64,000 bases of DNA, taken from contig JBGPQV010000001.1 in the NCBI GenBank assembly GCA_041489255.1, positions 160,001-224,000 on the forward strand, read 5' to 3'. A program made the translations under genes and the position numbers. The DNA comes from Thermoplasmata archaeon. Its GTDB lineage: Archaea > Thermoplasmatota > Thermoplasmata > RBG-16-68-12 > JAFNFQ01. The notes under the pieces were generated by a model, which did no database searches, was not told the origin of the DNA, and worked only from the letters and a program-made list of their open reading frames with translations. Positions 58,702 to 64,000 of this stretch are shown here, piece by piece; within the stretch, counting starts at the first letter, position 1; every line of letters begins with the position of its first letter.

Positions 58702-59865
58702 ATGAAGATAGTCCAAGTGTCGCCTTGGTTCCTCCCGCATCTTGGAGGAGTCGAGAGCCATGTCCATTCCATCTCGAGCGAGCTTGTGAGGCGCGGTCAC
58801 GAGGTCGAGGTGCTCACGTCCAGGCACGGCAGAGATGTCCCCGAGAAAGAGGTGATGGACGGTTTCCAGATCACGAGGCTCAAACCGTTCGCGACGCTGC
58901 TGAGAACGCCGATCGTGACAAGAACAAAGGGGGCGCTCAGGGAAAGGGACGTTGACATCTTCCACGCGCATTCGCCCCCGCCGCTTTCGGCCTACTACGC
59001 GTCCAAGGTGGCGGCCGAGAAGCGATTGCCCTTCGTGCTGACCTACCATTGCGACATAGAGATACCGAGCGTCTTCGGCCTCGTCATAGAGGAGGTATAC
59101 AGGAGAACGCTGGGCACTCGCACCATGCGCCGGGCGAACAGGATCATCGTCACGACGGAGACCTACGCCGCCACGTCCCGCGCCATCTGGAAATACTCCC
59201 CGGTGGTCATTCCCAACCCAGTGGACTTCGAGTTCTTCCGGCCTGATGTCGACGGCAGGGAAGTCAGGTCGAGTCTTGGTTTGAAAGGAGGCCAGCACCT
59301 CGTATTGTGGGTCGGGCGGGTCGTCCCGCACAAGGGCATAGAGAATCTCATCGAGGCCGCGCAGTATGTGGACGGCACCAAGTTCATCATCGGGGGGGAG
59401 GGCCCTCAACTCCCCGCCACCAGACGTCTCGCGAAGTCCTTCGGTGTCGAGGACAGGGTGATATTCTCGGGCAGGCTCGCCAGATCGGAGCTTCCAAAGT
59501 ACTATGCCGCGTGCGACGTGTTCGTGCTCCCATCGGTCTCGCGCCTGGAGGCCTTCGGCATCGTGGCCCTGGAGGCGATGTCGAGTGGGAGGCCGGTGGT
59601 CGTGACGGACATGCCCGGCGTGAGGGAAGTCGTGAGGGATGGTATCGAGGGGTTGCTCTGCGAGCCATTGAATGCTGAAGACCTTGCAGAGAAAATCAAC
59701 ACGCTGCTGGGCGACCCGGGGAAGCGTTCAGAAATGGGCAGGGCCGGGAGGAAAAAAGTCGTCGAGGACTTCGGCATTAAGAAAGTGGTCGACAAGCTCG
59801 AGGCGACCTACAGGGAAGTGCTGCCGGCCTGGTCCAGTCTTAGCCCAGACGGCGGCAAGGCCTAA
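58702..59865 (+). CDS. Glycosyltransferase family 4
   Basis: GGVESH, KGIENL, EAFGIVALEAM. Confidence 0.92.
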   Translation: MKIVQVSPWFLPHLGGVESHVHSISSELVRRGHEVEVLTSRHGRDVPEKEVMDGFQITRLKPFATLLRTPIVTRTKGALRERDVDIFHAHSPPPLSAYYASKVAAEKRLPFVLTYHCDIEIPSVFGLVIEEVYRRTLGTRTMRRANRIIVTTETYAATSRAIWKYSPVVIPNPVDFEFFRPDVDGREVRSSLGLKGGQHLVLWVGRVVPHKGIENLIEAAQYVDGTKFIIGGEGPQLPATRRLAKSFGVEDRVIFSGRLARSELPKYYAACDVFVLPSVSRLEAFGIVALEAMSSGRPVVVTDMPGVREVVRDGIEGLLCEPLNAEDLAEKINTLLGDPGKRSEMGRAGRKKVVEDFGIKKVVDKLEATYREVLPAWSSLSPDGGKA

Positions 59866-60245
59866 GGAAGAATCTGCAGGTCGAGGCGCTCCCCCGAATG
59901 CTTCCACGCCGCCCAAGTCGTCTCATCGTAGGGATAGCCCACAATCAAGTGAAGACCGCCGAACTTCCCGAAAAGTGCGAGGTCTTCGTCCGAAGGATGG
60001 AAATTCCCGGAAGGATGCGAATGAACCGTGCCGACCACGGTGAAGTCGGCAGGCAGCATGTGGAGCTGGAATATTGCGTGGCGGTTGCCGGAAACGGTTC
60101 CGGGAACCAAGAGTATCTCGGTAATCACGCCATCCTCCGCCCTGAGTATCGCGCCGAACTCCCTTGGGTACATGTCTCTCGACGCTTCAAGGATCATCCT
60201 CAGCACCTTGCGTCGGATCGCGCGGACAGGCTTGTTGAACGGCAT
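59862..60245 (-). CDS. JAMM/MPN+ metalloprotease
   Basis: PREF...HSHPSGNFHPSDED (E-HxH-x7-S-x2-D). Confidence 0.9.
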   Translation of the reverse strand: MPFNKPVRAIRRKVLRMILEASRDMYPREFGAILRAEDGVITEILLVPGTVSGNRHAIFQLHMLPADFTVVGTVHSHPSGNFHPSDEDLALFGKFGGLHLIVGYPYDETTWAAWKHSGERLDLQILP

Positions 60246-60249
60246 GCGA

Positions 60250-61056
60250 TCACGGGTTTGCGAGTTTCTCCTGGATGCGGCGGTAGAAGTTGTCCCCGAA
60301 GCGGACGAGCCTGCCTGCTTTCTCGGAGCCGGTGATGACGACCTTCTCCTCGCCCTTCAAGGGCATCTCTGCTTGGCCGTCAAGCACGAGGAGCCCCGGC
60401 CGTGGCCTCACGAATGTGACTTGGATTTTGCTGTCCGGCGGCACGACGAAAGGATGGAACGAGGGCTTGAACGGAGCGATCGCCGCAACAACGAATGCTT
60501 TCACGCGAGGATCGAGGATCGGCCCGCCGACGCTCATCGCGTACGAGGTGCTCCCTGTCGGCGTCGCGACGATGACCCCGTCCGCCCTGACCTGTTCCGC
60601 GACGGCACCGTCGACCGCAATCTCGTAGTGACGTATCTTGGCGACCTGGGCGGTGTGCACGACCGCCTCGTTCACGCAATCGTACATGCGCCTGCCATCG
60701 ACGGTGACTTTCAACTTCAGGCGGTTCTCGACATGATAGTCTCCCCTGAGGAGCCTCTTGATTAGAATATCCAGGGACTCGCGATCTCCCTCGGCAAGGA
60801 ACCCAACGGAGCCCGTGTTAATTCCGAGCACCTTCTCGTTGGTTCTCTGCAGGGCCCTCAGCACCGTTCCATCGCCACCTATGGCCAGAATGAAATCGGC
60901 TTTGATCTTCTCGAGCGGCCCGCCATGCAGCTTGAGTGCCTTTGCGACATCGTCCTCCAGGAAGACCTCGTGCTTCCCTTTCAGCAGGCGGACGACCTGG
61001 CGCGTCGCGTCCAAGGCGTGCTTGTGCTCCGGGTTGGCGGTTATGCCGAACCTCAT
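60250..61056 (-). CDS. nadK: NAD kinase
   Basis: GGDGT, NE, DGVIVATPTGSTSYAMSVGGP. Confidence 0.93.
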   Translation of the reverse strand: MRFGITANPEHKHALDATRQVVRLLKGKHEVFLEDDVAKALKLHGGPLEKIKADFILAIGGDGTVLRALQRTNEKVLGINTGSVGFLAEGDRESLDILIKRLLRGDYHVENRLKLKVTVDGRRMYDCVNEAVVHTAQVAKIRHYEIAVDGAVAEQVRADGVIVATPTGSTSYAMSVGGPILDPRVKAFVVAAIAPFKPSFHPFVVPPDSKIQVTFVRPRPGLLVLDGQAEMPLKGEEKVVITGSEKAGRLVRFGDNFYRRIQEKLANP

Positions 61057-61820
61057 GGAATCAGCTCCAGAACCCTTGCGTCACCGTAGGCTATTGAGTT
61101 TGATGTCGTTTTCGTGTCGAAGGGCATGTCGAGCCTCTTGCGATCCAAGTCGACAACCTCCCCTCCCGCCTCGCGGAGTATGAGCGCGCTCGCGGCTATG
61201 TCCACAACCCTAAGCTCCGCACGTTTGGCATTGCTGTTCATATAATAGAGGTCCGCCGCCCCGCTCGCGACCATGCACATGTCCAGCGAGGCCGCTCCGA
61301 GGCTTCTCGCCCGCCTCCCCTTGCTCGCCACGCGATACGCGTTCTCATGCGCGTTCATGCCGATGTAGACGGTGAAGAGTGTGTCATGCTCGTCAAGCTT
61401 CCTCACATGAATCCGTTTACCATCGAGGAACGCCCCTTCACCTTTCGAAGCGTAATAATTCCTGCCGGAAACGAGGTCCCTGACCAAGCCGTGCGTCGCG
61501 CCTGTCATCGAACCCTTGCCGATGGCCATCGATGTCGAGTAGAATGGCACGCCCCTTTCGGCGTTGTGCGTCCCATCAACCGGATCGAGGACGAGCGTGA
61601 GGTCTCCGCCCCTGTCGATAAATCCCGCCTCCTCGCTAAGGACGTTCAGCTTCTCCTCTCGTTTTTCCAGCTCAGCAAGGACGGCAGCCTCGGCAGCCCG
61701 GTCTATGGCGGAGGTGGGCAGACCGTAAGCCCCGGTGCCGACCTTCACATGGTAGTCTCCTTTGAAGTCGGCGACTGCATCCTGCACCCTGTCTGCAAGA
61801 CGCATCAGGAGATTCTTCAT
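61053..61820 (-). CDS. Inositol monophosphatase/FBPase family phosphatase (possible NADP phosphatase)
   Basis: SEE, LDPVDGT, DIAA...EAGG; overlaps nadK. Confidence 0.9.
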   Translation of the reverse strand: MKNLLMRLADRVQDAVADFKGDYHVKVGTGAYGLPTSAIDRAAEAAVLAELEKREEKLNVLSEEAGFIDRGGDLTLVLDPVDGTHNAERGVPFYSTSMAIGKGSMTGATHGLVRDLVSGRNYYASKGEGAFLDGKRIHVRKLDEHDTLFTVYIGMNAHENAYRVASKGRRARSLGAASLDMCMVASGAADLYYMNSNAKRAELRVVDIAASALILREAGGEVVDLDRKRLDMPFDTKTTSNSIAYGDARVLELIP

Positions 61821-61931
61821 CCGGCATGCCAGAGGGTCGGCTGGATATAAGCGTATGCGGGAGCGGATGTAGTCAGGCATTTTTGATTCACTCACTGTCC
61901 TCTGGAAATGGCCTTGGCATGCATGGGAACG

Positions 61932-61939
61932 TTTATATA
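61932..61939 (+). promoter_or_regulatory. TATA box upstream of the thermosome gene
   Basis: TTTATATA ~60 nt before the start; AAGGAGG SD precedes the ATG. Confidence 0.65.
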
Positions 61940-61998
61940 GAAGTCTTGACATAGGACACGGTACCTCAAATGCATTTCACGCAAAGGAGGAATAAGAA

Positions 61999-63648
61999 AT
62001 GATGACTCAAGGTGGCACACCGATATTGATCTTAAAGGAAGGAACGAAGAGGGAACGGGGAAAGGGAGCGCAATTCAACAACATAGCGGCCGCGAAGGCG
62101 GTTGCCGATGCTGTCCGCTCGACGCTTGGCCCGCGCGGAATGGACAAGATGCTCGTCGACAGCCTTGGTGACGTCGTCATCACCAACGACGGCGTGACCA
62201 TTCTGAAGGAGATGGACATAGAGCATCCCGCCGCCAAGATGCTGGTCGAGGTCGCGAAGACGCAGGACGCCGAGGCGGGAGACGGAACGACAACCGCGGT
62301 GATTTTGGCGGGAGAGCTGCTCAAGAAGGCGGAAGACCTCATCGAGCAGAACATCCACCCGACCGTGATCGCGAGCGGCTACAGGCAGGCAGCCGGGAAG
62401 GCCCGCGAAGTCCTAGAGAGGATCTCCACGAAAGTGACTATCAAGGACACCAACGTCCTTAGGGACGTGGCGATCACCGCCATGCAGAGCAAGAGCGCGA
62501 GCGGGCAGAAGGAGCACCTCGCGGACATCGCCGTCAAGGCGGTGACCACGGTCGCGGAGGAGCTGGCAAGCGGTCGCTACTTCGTCGATGAGGACAACAT
62601 CCAAATCGTCAAGAAGCAGGGCGGTTCGATTGCTGACACCGAGCTCGTCGAGGGGATAATCGTCGACAAGGAAAGAGTCCACCCCGGCATGCCAAGCCAG
62701 ATCGACAACGCCCGGATCGCGCTGGTTGACGCAGCCCTCGAGGTCAAGAAGACTGAGATCGACGCGAAAATCGAGATTACGGATCCGAGCCAGCTGCAGG
62801 CGTTCCTCTCGGAAGAGGAGAACATGCTCAAGGGCATGGTCGACAGGGTCAAGAAGTCCGGTGCGACGGTCTTGTTCTGCCAGAAGGGGATAGACGACCT
62901 CGCGCAGCACTACCTCTCCAAGGAAGGCATCTACGCGGTCAGGAGGGTCAAGAAGAGCGACATGGAGAAGCTGGCGAAGGCGACTGGCGGGAAGATCGCC
63001 ACGAAGCTGGACGAACTCACTAGGGACGACCTCGGAAACGCCAAGCTCGTGTTCGAGAAGAAGATCGGCGACGACGAGATGACGTTCGTCACCGGTTGCA
63101 AGAACCCAAAGGCGGTCTCAATAATGATTCGCGGCGGGACCGAGCACGTGGTCGACGAGGTCGAGAGATCCCTCGAGGACGCCGTGTCTGTGGCCGCTGT
63201 CACAATCGAGGACGGGAAGGTCATCTACGGTGGCGGTGCGGCAGCGACGGAGATTGCGTTCGGACTCAGAGACTTCGCCTCGACTGTTGGCGGGCGCGAG
63301 CAGATAGCGATCGAGGCCTTCGCGGACGCAATCGAGGTAATCCCGAGGACCCTCGCCGAGAATGCGGGCCTGGACCCGATCGACACCCTGATCGAACTGC
63401 GCAAGGAGCACAAGAAGGGCGGCAAGACAGCGGGAGTCGACGTGTTCACCGGCAAGATAACCGACATGAAGAAGAACAAGGTCATCGAACCCATACGAGT
63501 CGGAACGCAGGCGATCAGCTCCGCAACTGACGCGGCAGTCATGATACTCCGCATCGACGACGTCATCGCGGCCAAATCCGGCGGCAGGCCCGGTGCGCCC
63601 GGCGGCGCGGGCGGCGGGGAAGGCGGCGGAGAGAGCGACGAGTTCTAG
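61999..63648 (+). CDS. ths: Thermosome (group II chaperonin) subunit
   Basis: [31 protein letters not shown], Gly-rich tail. Confidence 0.97.
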   Translation: MMTQGGTPILILKEGTKRERGKGAQFNNIAAAKAVADAVRSTLGPRGMDKMLVDSLGDVVITNDGVTILKEMDIEHPAAKMLVEVAKTQDAEAGDGTTTAVILAGELLKKAEDLIEQNIHPTVIASGYRQAAGKAREVLERISTKVTIKDTNVLRDVAITAMQSKSASGQKEHLADIAVKAVTTVAEELASGRYFVDEDNIQIVKKQGGSIADTELVEGIIVDKERVHPGMPSQIDNARIALVDAALEVKKTEIDAKIEITDPSQLQAFLSEEENMLKGMVDRVKKSGATVLFCQKGIDDLAQHYLSKEGIYAVRRVKKSDMEKLAKATGGKIATKLDELTRDDLGNAKLVFEKKIGDDEMTFVTGCKNPKAVSIMIRGGTEHVVDEVERSLEDAVSVAAVTIEDGKVIYGGGAAATEIAFGLRDFASTVGGREQIAIEAFADAIEVIPRTLAENAGLDPIDTLIELRKEHKKGGKTAGVDVFTGKITDMKKNKVIEPIRVGTQAISSATDAAVMILRIDDVIAAKSGGRPGAPGGAGGGEGGGESDEF

Positions 63649-63768
63649 GCACAGAGGAGCATTCACCAGCCTAGCGAAATAAGCCCCGCCATGCCAACGC
63701 AGGCGGGGCACCTACCACACTGCGCAAGCGACCGCGGGCGTTGGCAATCTCCAGGAGACGATGCCGAG

Positions 63769-64000
63769 ATGCCGGGGAAGAAAGAGTCGAAAGCGGACAA
63801 GGAAACCCCAGAGCAGGCGGAAGCTCCAGAGGATGCTAGCCAGCCTGTTGCAGCGACGGAGCAAGGGGCAGAGGCGAAGCCGGAAGCTCCGCCGCAGCCT
63901 GACGAGAAGGTCGTATTGCTGCGGAGGAACGAGGAACTCCTTTCTCGGATGATGTACCTTCAAGCGGAATTCGAAAATTATCAGAAGAGGGCGCTGAGGG
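63769..64000 (+). CDS. grpE: Nucleotide exchange factor GrpE (partial, runs off the window)
   Basis: Acidic N-terminus then LLSRMMYLQAEFENYQKR; alternative start at 63691. Confidence 0.85.
   Translation, partial: MPGKKESKADKETPEQAEAPEDASQPVAATEQGAEAKPEAPPQPDEKVVLLRRNEELLSRMMYLQAEFENYQKRALR

Noticed and set aside
60250-61820. IMPase-NAD kinase pairing as a novel system
   Set aside because: The pairing or fusion is already known in archaea as NADP phosphatase/NAD kinase.

Overview
GC-rich archaeal chromosomal segment. The gene set (PriL, thermosome followed by GrpE, Rqc2/NEMF, AK6, single-OB SSB, HdrA-MvhD, CARDB/DUF11 surface proteins) suggests a Thermoplasmata-like organism; this assignment is inference. 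Housekeeping and metabolic blocks include a dppBCDF peptide ABC operon, a 2-oxoacid:ferredoxin oxidoreductase (delta-alpha-beta-gamma) operon ending in an HdrA-MvhD fusion, glmM-glmU-GT4, IMPase-NAD kinase-JAMM, thermosome-grpE, tRNA-Thr(GGT) and tRNA-Leu(CAG). These alternate with large surface proteins and signs of rearrangement. The most notable observations are: (1) HtpX running in frame into a beta-helix/CARDB/Ig surface protein whose 3-TM C-terminal module recurs as a decayed copy beyond a toxin-antitoxin pair; (2) a DppC permease with a ~460-aa extracytoplasmic insert and no adjacent binding protein; (3) a ~32-unit degenerate palindromic 21-nt tandem array near the tRNA-Thr 3' end; (4) a pterin dehydratase gene split by a transposase-less ~880-bp cassette; (5) a ~2,700-aa protein with 16 DUF11 repeats carrying a K/D/N isopeptide-type triad and a nested domain; (6) a probable CTG start codon for korA. 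All calls come from reading the sequence; no searches were run.
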